In this document: piece by piece, positions 7,470 to 15,666 of the stretch | How positions within the stretch are numbered: position 1 is the first letter of the stretch | Layout: each line of letters begins with the position of its first letter | Source: a virus | Taxonomy: Duplodnaviria; Caudoviricetes | Reading direction: 5' to 3' (one strand) | Virus record (IMG/VR): IMGVR_UViG_3300048034_000310 | Coordinates: 1 to 35,749 of that record | DNA: 35,749 nt | Made by a program: the position numbers and the translations under genes | The notes under the pieces: generated by a model | Databases searched by the model: none | Told to the model about the DNA's origin: nothing | Seen by the model: the letters and a program-made list of their open reading frames with translations, nothing else

Positions 7470-8768
7470 ATGTCAAAAGTAAAAATCAAAGTCGCTATTG
7501 TTGGTATTGGCAATTGCGCAAAGTCCCTTGTTGAAGGGATTCAGTATTACAACGAAAACCCAGATGATAAAGTGGGACTAATGTATCCAGATATTGGAGG
7601 ATACGAAGCTAAAGATATTGAGTTTGTTATTGGATTTGATGTTGATAGACGTAAGGTAAATAGGCCATTGGCTGAAGCTCTTAGAGCAGATCCAAATTGT
7701 GCTATGAACCATGTTGCATCTATTGATGATACATCAAATGGTTTTGGTTGTATTAAGCCAGGTGCTTTAGTTTATTCTGGTCCTGAGTATGATGGTGTTG
7801 CACCTCATATGCTAGACTATCCTGAAGAAGTATCATTTAGAACTGGTGCAGAAGGTCATCTTTCTTTTGATGAAATCCGTGACTTACTTATTTCTGCAGA
7901 TGTTGATGTTGTTATCAATTATCTTCCAGTAGGTTCTGAAAGAGCATCAGAGTTTTATATGGATGCTGCAATTAAAGCTGGATGTCACTTTGTTAACTGT
8001 ATTCCAACTCTTATTTCAACTAAGCAAACACAAAGAGTTGAACAAAAGTTTATTGATGCAGGTCTTACCATTGTTGGCTCTGATATGAGATCGGCTTGGG
8101 GTGCATCAAGAATGTCTGAAGTACTTCAAGGTGCTATGTTAGACTCAGGCCTTATGGTAACTCAGCATATTCAAACTAATATGGCTGCAGGTTCTACTCA
8201 AGGACAAGAACATATTAGGACTGGCCGCACTGCAAACACTGACTTTTTGAATATGGCAAAAGTTGAAAGACTACATAATAAGCATATCTCAAAAGAGAAT
8301 GTATTGAAAGGTCAGAATAGTGTACGTGATACTAGTACTGCTGGTATGACTCTATTTGCTGGTCCTTCACTTACTGTTCAGCAAAAGCCTGGTGGAGACT
8401 ATATTGGATCAGATCAAAAGATTGCTAACTTTGATATTGTTGCATATGGATTTGGTGGTGCAAGATATGAAATGACTGCTAGGTTAGCAGTTCAAGACTC
8501 ACCTAACTCTGGTGGAGTTGTAGTATCTGCTATTAGGTTCTGTAAAGTAGCTGCTGAAATGGGTGTTGTTGGTTATCTTCGTGGACCATCTGCTTGGACT
8601 CAAAAAACACCACCGCTTCAGTTAAAAACAGAAGATGCAAAAGCTGAGTGTGATGCTTTAGCAGAAAGAATACTTACTGATCTTACTGAAGCTCAACATA
8701 TTGATAATGAGCCTGTTGCTAAAAAACTTCCTTATACATTTCAAGCTGGGAAGACTGATTATGCTTAA
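7470..8768 (+). CDS. ino1: myo-inositol-1-phosphate synthase (bacterial/archaeal-type Ino1)
   Basis: VAIVGIGNCAKSLVEG Rossmann motif, FDVDRRKV, NYLPVGSE, FVNCIP, NTDFLNM, SK, DSPNSGGVVVSAIR; AGGAG SD. Confidence 0.9.
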   Translation: MSKVKIKVAIVGIGNCAKSLVEGIQYYNENPDDKVGLMYPDIGGYEAKDIEFVIGFDVDRRKVNRPLAEALRADPNCAMNHVASIDDTSNGFGCIKPGALVYSGPEYDGVAPHMLDYPEEVSFRTGAEGHLSFDEIRDLLISADVDVVINYLPVGSERASEFYMDAAIKAGCHFVNCIPTLISTKQTQRVEQKFIDAGLTIVGSDMRSAWGASRMSEVLQGAMLDSGLMVTQHIQTNMAAGSTQGQEHIRTGRTANTDFLNMAKVERLHNKHISKENVLKGQNSVRDTSTAGMTLFAGPSLTVQQKPGGDYIGSDQKIANFDIVAYGFGGARYEMTARLAVQDSPNSGGVVVSAIRFCKVAAEMGVVGYLRGPSAWTQKTPPLQLKTEDAKAECDALAERILTDLTEAQHIDNEPVAKKLPYTFQAGKTDYA

Positions 8769-9192
8769 CTCATTTGATATTGATGGTGTTATCTTTATGG
8801 ATAAGTACAATGGTGTTTATCCTGGTAAAGATGATATTATAATTACAGGTAGATCTAAAGAAGAAAGACCTGAGACTGAAGCTATGCTTAAATCAAAAGG
8901 TATAACTAATCAGGTATATTATAATAGTACACCTTTTGATGAAAAGACAAGAGAGAGTTCTGGCCGCCATAAAGGCCAGACTCTTTTCTATCTAGAAGAA
9001 CTTGGTTACAGGTTTGGAATACATTATGAAGATGATCCAGTTCAGGCTGAGGTTATTAAAAAAATGATGCCACATATCAATGTGGTATTACTACAACATG
9101 ATTTGGTTGAGAAAGAGAATAAAAGACATGAGTGGAATAAGTCTACAGATATTGAGACAGACGCGGGATCAGTCCAACTTTCGTTATTTTAA
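8761..9192 (+). CDS. HAD-superfamily phosphatase
   Basis: Motif I FDIDGV, motif II ITGR, motif III K, motif IV YEDD; overlaps the ino1 stop. Confidence 0.8.
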   Translation: MLNSFDIDGVIFMDKYNGVYPGKDDIIITGRSKEERPETEAMLKSKGITNQVYYNSTPFDEKTRESSGRHKGQTLFYLEELGYRFGIHYEDDPVQAEVIKKMMPHINVVLLQHDLVEKENKRHEWNKSTDIETDAGSVQLSLF

Positions 9193-10210
9193 TGAATGGG
9201 TTCTTGACTTCTTTAAAAGAGAAGCATTAAGAGAAACAGGACTAATTAACGAATATTCATATCCTGAAAAATTTGGACCAGCTATGAGACAAGAAGTTTC
9301 ATACTGGAATCCTAATCGTTCCAAACATGCTGAGGTGTACTGGTTAGAAAACTTTGTTTTTAATCAGGACACTTCAATGAGGAATAAAATCCTTAATGCT
9401 ATGGCAGTAAAGTTTGTAGGTATGCCAACACTTACTTTGGTAGCTTCAGACTCTACTGACTATGGTAAGATTATTGACTTTGATGAGTATAAACTAAAAG
9501 GTGATTACTATCATTGGATTAATAACAATTTAGATACAAATAAGAATAAATTAAAAGTCTGGGGTGCTACTCAGCTACAGACCAGTTTACAAACTGCAGC
9601 TCGTAATTTTTGCCGTGAAGAAGATAATGATCCAAATGGTAAATTCAAATTGTCGCATATGATAAGATGGATGGGACATTTAGATGATCTTGGCATGAGT
9701 GAAGTAGTCCAAAATTCAAATAACAAACTAGGTGATGTATGTGATTGGTTTTCTACTCACCGTGGTATTGGTCCATATTTCTCTTATCACCCACCTTGTA
9801 ACTTTTCTCGGTGTGATGATCTACCGAATATTGATGAAGATGATGACTATTGTTTAGTTGGTCCTGGTGCTAAAAGAGGTCTTGAATTTGTATTTCCACA
9901 AGTTAAATTTAAGAACAATTTTATTATGGAAGCATATATATTAGCTGTAAGAGATCATCAACATGAGTTTTTTGAAATGAATGATAGTGAAGCTCAGTTC
10001 TATAAAGATAACTTAGAACGTGGTGGGAACCTAACTACCTTTGGTACTGAAATCACGTTTTGTCAGTTTAACTGTTTCTTAGGTATTCAAAATAATTCAA
10101 AAGCACAAACCAAAAGAATGCTACCACTTACTTTTGATTCATTTATTGATATTGCAGATGATTTAAAGAAAAAGCTTGAGCCTTCTCCATTAGAATCTTT
10201 TATGAATTAA
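9128..10210 (+). CDS. aGPT-Pplase1 / 5-hmdU DNA kinase helical-domain-like DNA hypermodification protein
   Basis: RGIGPYFSY (HhH-like), DEDD...VGPGAKRGL and EITFCQF resemble the clade-1 alpha-glutamyl/putrescinylthymine pyrophosphorylase motifs. Confidence 0.65.
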   Translation: MSGISLQILRQTRDQSNFRYFNEWVLDFFKREALRETGLINEYSYPEKFGPAMRQEVSYWNPNRSKHAEVYWLENFVFNQDTSMRNKILNAMAVKFVGMPTLTLVASDSTDYGKIIDFDEYKLKGDYYHWINNNLDTNKNKLKVWGATQLQTSLQTAARNFCREEDNDPNGKFKLSHMIRWMGHLDDLGMSEVVQNSNNKLGDVCDWFSTHRGIGPYFSYHPPCNFSRCDDLPNIDEDDDYCLVGPGAKRGLEFVFPQVKFKNNFIMEAYILAVRDHQHEFFEMNDSEAQFYKDNLERGGNLTTFGTEITFCQFNCFLGIQNNSKAQTKRMLPLTFDSFIDIADDLKKKLEPSPLESFMN

Positions 10211-10213
10211 TCC

Positions 10214-10242
10214 TTTACAATTGATTGAAAGTGTGATATAAT
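10214..10242 (+). promoter_or_regulatory. Sigma70-like promoter
   Basis: TTTACA-17-TATAAT. Confidence 0.8.
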
Positions 10243-10251
10243 ACTACTATA

Positions 10252-11286
10252 ATGAAAAAAGCTATTCTAAATGCCCCATTTATTCCTGTTGCTACTCGTA
10301 TGGCATCTCATCGAGGTGCTCAAGGTGCAATCTATGCTGATATGATTAAACAAACTGGAGTTGATATAACTATCAATTACTCTGGTAAAATTGAAGATCA
10401 TAATCAATATGATGAAATGTACGTGTATCACGGTAATGATTGGTCTGGCGGTATGAATGTGTTTGGTGGTGTAAAGGGTTTTCCTTATGTTGCTAACACT
10501 CGTAACTTCTCAAAATTCAAAGGCAAAGTTTACTCATTAGCTATTGACTTTCCTCCATATCATGAAATGATACAAGAGCGTATTGACAAGGCAAAAGAAA
10601 AAGGTAATGAGATTCAGCCTGAATGGCTTGAAGTTGATATTGATAACCTTAAACGTATGTATGAGACTGCTGAAACTATTAGACATCCAAAGATGACAAA
10701 CAAATTAGTCATTGGTGATAGTCACTCTATATGCATGTACAGGCCAGGATGGACTGTTAATAGTGTTCCATTCAAAACACTGAATGGCGCTTTGAATGAT
10801 AACCTTTTAACTTACCTTGATGGCTTTGGTGATATAACTGAGTTAGAGTGTTATTTTGGCAATATTGATATTAGGCATCACTTATGCCGTATTGAAGGTG
10901 ATTACCTAGAAAATACTATTGCTTTAGCAGAAAGATATATAACTACAGTTGAAGCATTACCTATTGAGAAAGTTTCAATTTACGAGCTGCTACCTATAGA
11001 AGATATTAGCCGTAAGTTACCTAAGTCTGGTTACTATAAAGATAAACCTTTCTGGGGTACTTGGGAGCAGCGAAATCAAGCCAGGCTTAAATTTAGAGAA
11101 GTCTTAGAATCAAAAGCTAAGCATACTAAAATTATTCGTTGGGTTGATAAATTAACAAATAAAGCTGGCCAATTGGATTTTGACTATATGGAAAAACCAC
11201 AGTCAATACATCTATCAAGACAGTACTATCCGCATTGGAATGGCGAAGAAAAAAATGAAAACAGTTTAGAGGAGTTCTTCGTATGA
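10252..11286 (+). CDS. Protein with C-terminal SGNH/GDSL-like domain
   Basis: LVIGDSHS (block I), GAL, FGNIDIR (block III), SIHL (block V). Confidence 0.55.
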   Translation: MKKAILNAPFIPVATRMASHRGAQGAIYADMIKQTGVDITINYSGKIEDHNQYDEMYVYHGNDWSGGMNVFGGVKGFPYVANTRNFSKFKGKVYSLAIDFPPYHEMIQERIDKAKEKGNEIQPEWLEVDIDNLKRMYETAETIRHPKMTNKLVIGDSHSICMYRPGWTVNSVPFKTLNGALNDNLLTYLDGFGDITELECYFGNIDIRHHLCRIEGDYLENTIALAERYITTVEALPIEKVSIYELLPIEDISRKLPKSGYYKDKPFWGTWEQRNQARLKFREVLESKAKHTKIIRWVDKLTNKAGQLDFDYMEKPQSIHLSRQYYPHWNGEEKNENSLEEFFV

Positions 11287-12479
11287 ATTATGCGAGTATT
11301 GTGCCACTTATTGGTGGAGAAACAATTGCAATGCAAAACGTCACTGGTAAAAAACCAGAGTATATTTTAAGCTACTCTGCCTTTGATGCCAATGACAGAC
11401 AACTGGTGGAGTATTATGAAAACAAAGTTCCTTACTATCATCTGGACGATGGTGTGCAACGTTCTGTTCCTAATGTCGATGTTATTAATACCGTTTGCCC
11501 TTGTGCTGGCCTTTCTAGCCTTAGTCCTTCAGCATCTTCTACTAATGCTAATAATGATTGGATGTTGGCTACCGCACGTTATGTCTTGGGGGATCTCAAA
11601 CCTAAAGTATTCTGGGGCGAAAACGCACCAAGACTGGCTAGCAAAATGGGAGAGCCGATTGTTGAAGAGCTTCGAAGGATTGGCAACCAAACTGGATACG
11701 CTTTTAGCATTTATAAAACGAAATCTATACTTCATGGACTAAGTCAAGTTCGTGATCGTACATTTTATTTTTTCTGGAAAGGTGATAAAGTACCTAAACT
11801 AGGATATATAGAAAGGGAGCACGAAAAAATCGAGGATACGATTCGTTCCGTGAAACGGGATCCTAGTGATCCAATGAACGTCCTGACGAATGATCGGACT
11901 CCGTCACATAACCCGTTCTATCGGTATGTTCTCGAAGAAATCGAGGGCGGAATCACACACTCACAATTTCAAGATAAGATTGTTAAGAGTACTAATCCTC
12001 TTGATGAGATTGAAAAAGCTGGAATTAAGTATAATAAAGTTAGTGAGTGGATGACTTTAAAAGGTTATGATAATGAAGCTCAGAAATGTATGCGTATGTA
12101 TCATAAACTTAAGAGTGGCGGTAATATTATGCGTAAGACTACTGAGATTCCAAAAGACTATATTGGTGCTTTTGTAGGTCATATGCCGTCTTCATTAACT
12201 CACCCAGATGAAGATCGTTATTTAACTATTCGTGAATGCTTGGCAATTATGAAACTACCAGGTGACTTCATACTACAGGGTGGTAAAAAGAACTTGAACA
12301 TGATATGTCAGAATGTTCCAGTCACTACAGCTATGGATATGGCTGAAGTAGTAAGTTCTTTTGTTGCAGGTCGATTAGATAATCAAATGTTGGATACAAA
12401 GTTTGCTATTCAGTGTAACAAAACTAAATCAATAGATTATCAAAAAAGTCCTGTACAATTGGACCAGTTTATGATATAA
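11283..12479 (+). CDS. C5-cytosine DNA methyltransferase-like protein with atypical motif I
   Basis: CPCAGLS (motif IV), GENAP (VI), QVRDRTF (VIII), HPDEDRYLTIREC (IX), QNVPV (X). Motif I reads VPLIGG rather than FxGxGG. Confidence 0.8.
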   Translation: MNYASIVPLIGGETIAMQNVTGKKPEYILSYSAFDANDRQLVEYYENKVPYYHLDDGVQRSVPNVDVINTVCPCAGLSSLSPSASSTNANNDWMLATARYVLGDLKPKVFWGENAPRLASKMGEPIVEELRRIGNQTGYAFSIYKTKSILHGLSQVRDRTFYFFWKGDKVPKLGYIEREHEKIEDTIRSVKRDPSDPMNVLTNDRTPSHNPFYRYVLEEIEGGITHSQFQDKIVKSTNPLDEIEKAGIKYNKVSEWMTLKGYDNEAQKCMRMYHKLKSGGNIMRKTTEIPKDYIGAFVGHMPSSLTHPDEDRYLTIRECLAIMKLPGDFILQGGKKNLNMICQNVPVTTAMDMAEVVSSFVAGRLDNQMLDTKFAIQCNKTKSIDYQKSPVQLDQFMI

Positions 12480-12480
12480 T
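12452..12480 (+). promoter_or_regulatory. Sigma70-like promoter for uvsX, embedded in the MTase 3' end
   Basis: TGTACA-17-TATAAT with A-tract. Confidence 0.75.
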
Positions 12481-12499
12481 ATACTTATAAAATGATAAA
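12470..12499 (+). repeat. 30-bp dispersed direct repeat, copy 2
   Basis: Identical to 5799-5828. Confidence 0.9.
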
Positions 12500-12511
12500 A
12501 GGATGAATTGC

Positions 12512-13567
12512 ATGTCAATTATGGATAAACTAAAAAAGAATTCGAAGATCAAAGAAACTAATATTCTTTCTGATTCGATTTACTTTAAAGATAAAGCACA
12601 AGTAGCAACTGATGTTCCTATGATCAATGTTGCACTTTCAGGTGATATGGACGGTGGGCTATCATCTGGTCTTACAGTGCTTGCTGGCCCATCTAAACAC
12701 TTTAAGACTTCGTTTGCACTGGTTATGGCTGCAGCTTATCTTAAGAAACATAAGGATGCAATTATGCTATTCTATGATTCTGAGTTTGGCTCACCACAAT
12801 CATACTTTGAAGCCTTTGGTATTGATACATCTAGGGTATTGCATACTCCTATTACAGATGTAGAAAAACTCAAGTTTGATATTATTGGTCAGCTTGAAAA
12901 CATCGAACGTAATGATAAGGTTATTATTGTTATTGATTCAATTGGTAACTTAGCATCTAAAAAAGAACTTGAAGATGCAATCAATGAAAAATCAGTTACA
13001 GATATGTCAAGGGCTAAAGCTCTTAAAGGTTTATTCCGTATGGTAACACCTTATCTTACTATGAGGGATGTTCCTCTCTTGGCAGTGAACCACACTTACA
13101 TGAGCTTGGAAATGTTCTCTAAAGCTACTGTCTCTGGTGGTACTGGTATCTATTACAGTGCGGATAACATCTGGATCATAGGAAGGCAGCAAGACAAACA
13201 AGGCACTGAAGTCAAAGGATACCATTTCATTGTTAACATCGAGAAATCGCGTTTTGTACGCGAAAAGTCTAAAGTACCTATCTCAGTTTCTTGGGAAGGT
13301 GGGATCGAGCGTTGGAGTGGTTTGCTTGACGTTGGCCTTGCCGGCAATTATGTTGCTAAGCCTTCTAATGGTTGGTATTGCCGTGTTGATCGCAGCACTG
13401 GCGAGCTTGTGGATCCCAAGTTCAGAGAAAAAGATACTCTAACCGAAGAGTTCTGGAAACCAATCTTAAATGATACTGACTTTAAAGAATATATAAAGTC
13501 TAAGTATCAAATTGGATTAGTTCCTATGGATGACACTGAACTTGATGTAGAGGAAGTTCCTGCATGA
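12512..13567 (+). CDS. uvsX: RecA-like recombinase UvsX
   Basis: AGPSKHFKT Walker A, YDSEFG, IDSIGNLAS, DMSRAK, SGGTGIYYSAD, EKSRFVREKS. Confidence 0.95.
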   Translation: MSIMDKLKKNSKIKETNILSDSIYFKDKAQVATDVPMINVALSGDMDGGLSSGLTVLAGPSKHFKTSFALVMAAAYLKKHKDAIMLFYDSEFGSPQSYFEAFGIDTSRVLHTPITDVEKLKFDIIGQLENIERNDKVIIVIDSIGNLASKKELEDAINEKSVTDMSRAKALKGLFRMVTPYLTMRDVPLLAVNHTYMSLEMFSKATVSGGTGIYYSADNIWIIGRQQDKQGTEVKGYHFIVNIEKSRFVREKSKVPISVSWEGGIERWSGLLDVGLAGNYVAKPSNGWYCRVDRSTGELVDPKFREKDTLTEEFWKPILNDTDFKEYIKSKYQIGLVPMDDTELDVEEVPA

Positions 13568-13899
13568 TAACTGTTGATGACTATACATTTGCTGAATCAC
13601 AAGTAGACGATCATTGGGCTGTTCGTCTACTTACTGAGTATCCAGGTGTTACGTACATGTATGGTAAAGTTCAAGTTAAAGAGCATCCTGACGGGACAGC
13701 CTCTATTGACTTTAAGTATAAAATATTAGACTCTGCTGACTTTGACGCTGATGAGTTAGAGCAGTCGGATGATTTTAGAAATCGCATTGGAAATGTTATG
13801 CAACATATCATTGAAGATGCCGCTGATAATGGGAAAATGAAACTAAATGATCGAAGCAAATCTACAACAAACAATAATACGGAATCTCCTCTCCAATGA
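13564..13899 (+). CDS. Hypothetical protein at the T4 gene 40 position
   Basis: 111-aa acidic ORF between uvsX and gene 41, ATGA-coupled. Confidence 0.65.
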   Translation: MITVDDYTFAESQVDDHWAVRLLTEYPGVTYMYGKVQVKEHPDGTASIDFKYKILDSADFDADELEQSDDFRNRIGNVMQHIIEDAADNGKMKLNDRSKSTTNNNTESPLQ

Positions 13900-15223
13900 G
13901 GAATATCTAAGAAAAGTCGTACCATTCCTTAAAAAAGAATACTTTGAAGGTGAACATAAAAACGTCTTTAATGAGATTGTAGCCTTTGTCAATAAGTATA
14001 ATAAGCTTCCAACTAAAGAAGCTATTACTATTGATATGACTACTAATGGCACATATGATACTGCCAAAGAACTTATTGATATGGTTTTTACACCAGAAAA
14101 GATAAACGACGAATGGCTACTTGATAATACTGAAAAGTGGTGTCAAGATCGGGCAATCTATCTAGCCATTATGGAATCCATCAACATTATTGATGGTAAA
14201 CATCAGAGTCTGACGAAAAATGCTTTACCTGAAGTATTGTCTACCGCATTGGGCGTATGCTTCGATACCAATGTTGGTCATGACTATATTGATAATTCAG
14301 ATGAGCGTTTTGACTTCTATCATACAAAAGAAGATCGTCTACCGTTTGACTTGGAGAATTTTAATGCTATCACAAAAGGCGGTCTCCCAAACAAAACTCT
14401 GAATGTTGCCCTTGCCGGTACCGGTGTTGGTAAATCATTGTTCATGTGTCATGTAGGAGCTGGTGCTCTAACACAAGGCAAGAATGTTCTCTATATTACT
14501 ATGGAAATGTCTGAAGAACGTATTGCTGAACGTATTGATGCTAACCTGTTCAATTTGCCCATTGATCAGTTGGTCTCTTTATCAAAAACTATGTTTGATA
14601 ATAAAATTGCAAAGATTGCTCAAAAGAATATTGGGAAATTGATTGTAAAAGAGTATCCAACCGGTGCCGCGCATGTGGGTCACTTCCGTGCTTTATTAAA
14701 CGAACTTAAGCTAAAGAAAGACTTTGTACCAGATATTATCTTTATTGATTATCTTAATATTTGTTCTTCATCTCGTATGAAAGGTCTTGGTGGTTCTATC
14801 AATACGTATTCATATGTCAAATCTATTGCAGAAGAAATGCGTGGCTTGGCTGTTGAGTTCAATGTACCTATTATGACTGCCACTCAAACTACTCGTTCTG
14901 GTTTCTCTAATACTGATGTTGGATTAGAAGATACTTCTGAATCATTTGGTTTGCCAGCTACTGCTGATCTAATGTTTGCTTTAGTATCTACTGAAGAACT
15001 TGACAAACTTGGTCAGATTATGGTCAAGCAGCTAAAGAATCGTTACAATGATCCTACTTTTAAGAAAAGGTTTGTAGTCGGTGTAGATAGAGCTAAGATG
15101 AGATTATATGATGTAGAAGAATCTGCTCAAACTTTGGTTGATGATGTACCAGTATTTGATAACTCTGAGTCAGGCAGATCCATTAAAGGTGAACGAAAAG
15201 ACTACTCTGACTTCAAGGTCTAG
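13847..15223 (+). CDS. 41: Replicative DNA helicase (T4 gp41-like)
   Basis: AGTGVGKS Walker A, ITMEMSEE, FIDYLNIC, ATQTTR, SESFGLPATAD, QLKNRY. Confidence 0.96.
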   Translation: MIEANLQQTIIRNLLSNEEYLRKVVPFLKKEYFEGEHKNVFNEIVAFVNKYNKLPTKEAITIDMTTNGTYDTAKELIDMVFTPEKINDEWLLDNTEKWCQDRAIYLAIMESINIIDGKHQSLTKNALPEVLSTALGVCFDTNVGHDYIDNSDERFDFYHTKEDRLPFDLENFNAITKGGLPNKTLNVALAGTGVGKSLFMCHVGAGALTQGKNVLYITMEMSEERIAERIDANLFNLPIDQLVSLSKTMFDNKIAKIAQKNIGKLIVKEYPTGAAHVGHFRALLNELKLKKDFVPDIIFIDYLNICSSSRMKGLGGSINTYSYVKSIAEEMRGLAVEFNVPIMTATQTTRSGFSNTDVGLEDTSESFGLPATADLMFALVSTEELDKLGQIMVKQLKNRYNDPTFKKRFVVGVDRAKMRLYDVEESAQTLVDDVPVFDNSESGRSIKGERKDYSDFKV

Positions 15224-15246
15224 AAAAAAAAATCAAATTATTTTAC

Positions 15247-15284
15247 AAGTGATTGAAATCACAACAGGATTTCTGTCACTTTTT
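15247..15284 (+). terminator. Possible terminator hairpin after gene 41
   Basis: AAGTGA..GAAATC / GATTTC..TCACTT interrupted stem followed by a T run. Confidence 0.45.
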
Positions 15285-15286
15285 CC

Positions 15287-15315
15287 TTTACAATCCTTGA
15301 AAAGTATGATATAAT
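15287..15315 (+). promoter_or_regulatory. Sigma70-like early promoter
   Basis: TTTACA-17-TATAAT. Confidence 0.85.
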
Positions 15316-15334
15316 ATACTTATAAAATGATAAA
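15305..15334 (+). repeat. 30-bp dispersed direct repeat, copy 3
   Basis: Identical to 5799-5828. Confidence 0.9.
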
Positions 15335-15348
15335 AGGAAGGAAATTTT

Positions 15349-15666
15349 ATGATCAAAATATATCAAATCAAAGACCAAAAGGCAATCTATCCAGACGTAT
15401 CATTTGGATACGGTATGAATAGCTTTCAACCTAAAGATCACTTTGATAAGTATGTATATGTTGCAGATATAGATTGTGGAGACGAGCTAGAAACAGCTTT
15501 CACAATTGGTAATATAGGTCCACAAGATCTTATTACACGTCACAACAAAATGCATTCAGTATCAGTTGGTGATATTTTAGTTACAGATAACGCTGATACG
15601 TATATCGTAGCCCCAGCTGGGTTCGATAAACTAGACACAGACTTTGGATATGCGGAGGTAGAATAA
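15349..15666 (+). CDS. Hypothetical early protein, YodL-like motif
   Basis: HSVSVGDIL motif; AGGAAGG SD. Confidence 0.6.
   Translation: MIKIYQIKDQKAIYPDVSFGYGMNSFQPKDHFDKYVYVADIDCGDELETAFTIGNIGPQDLITRHNKMHSVSVGDILVTDNADTYIVAPAGFDKLDTDFGYAEVE

Noticed and set aside
13060-13460. GC-shifted patch with small hairpins in uvsX (e.g. TCGCGT-TTTGT-ACGCGA at 13247-13263)
   Set aside because: Only short stems are visible by eye; it could be a recombined patch, but support is too weak without a folding test
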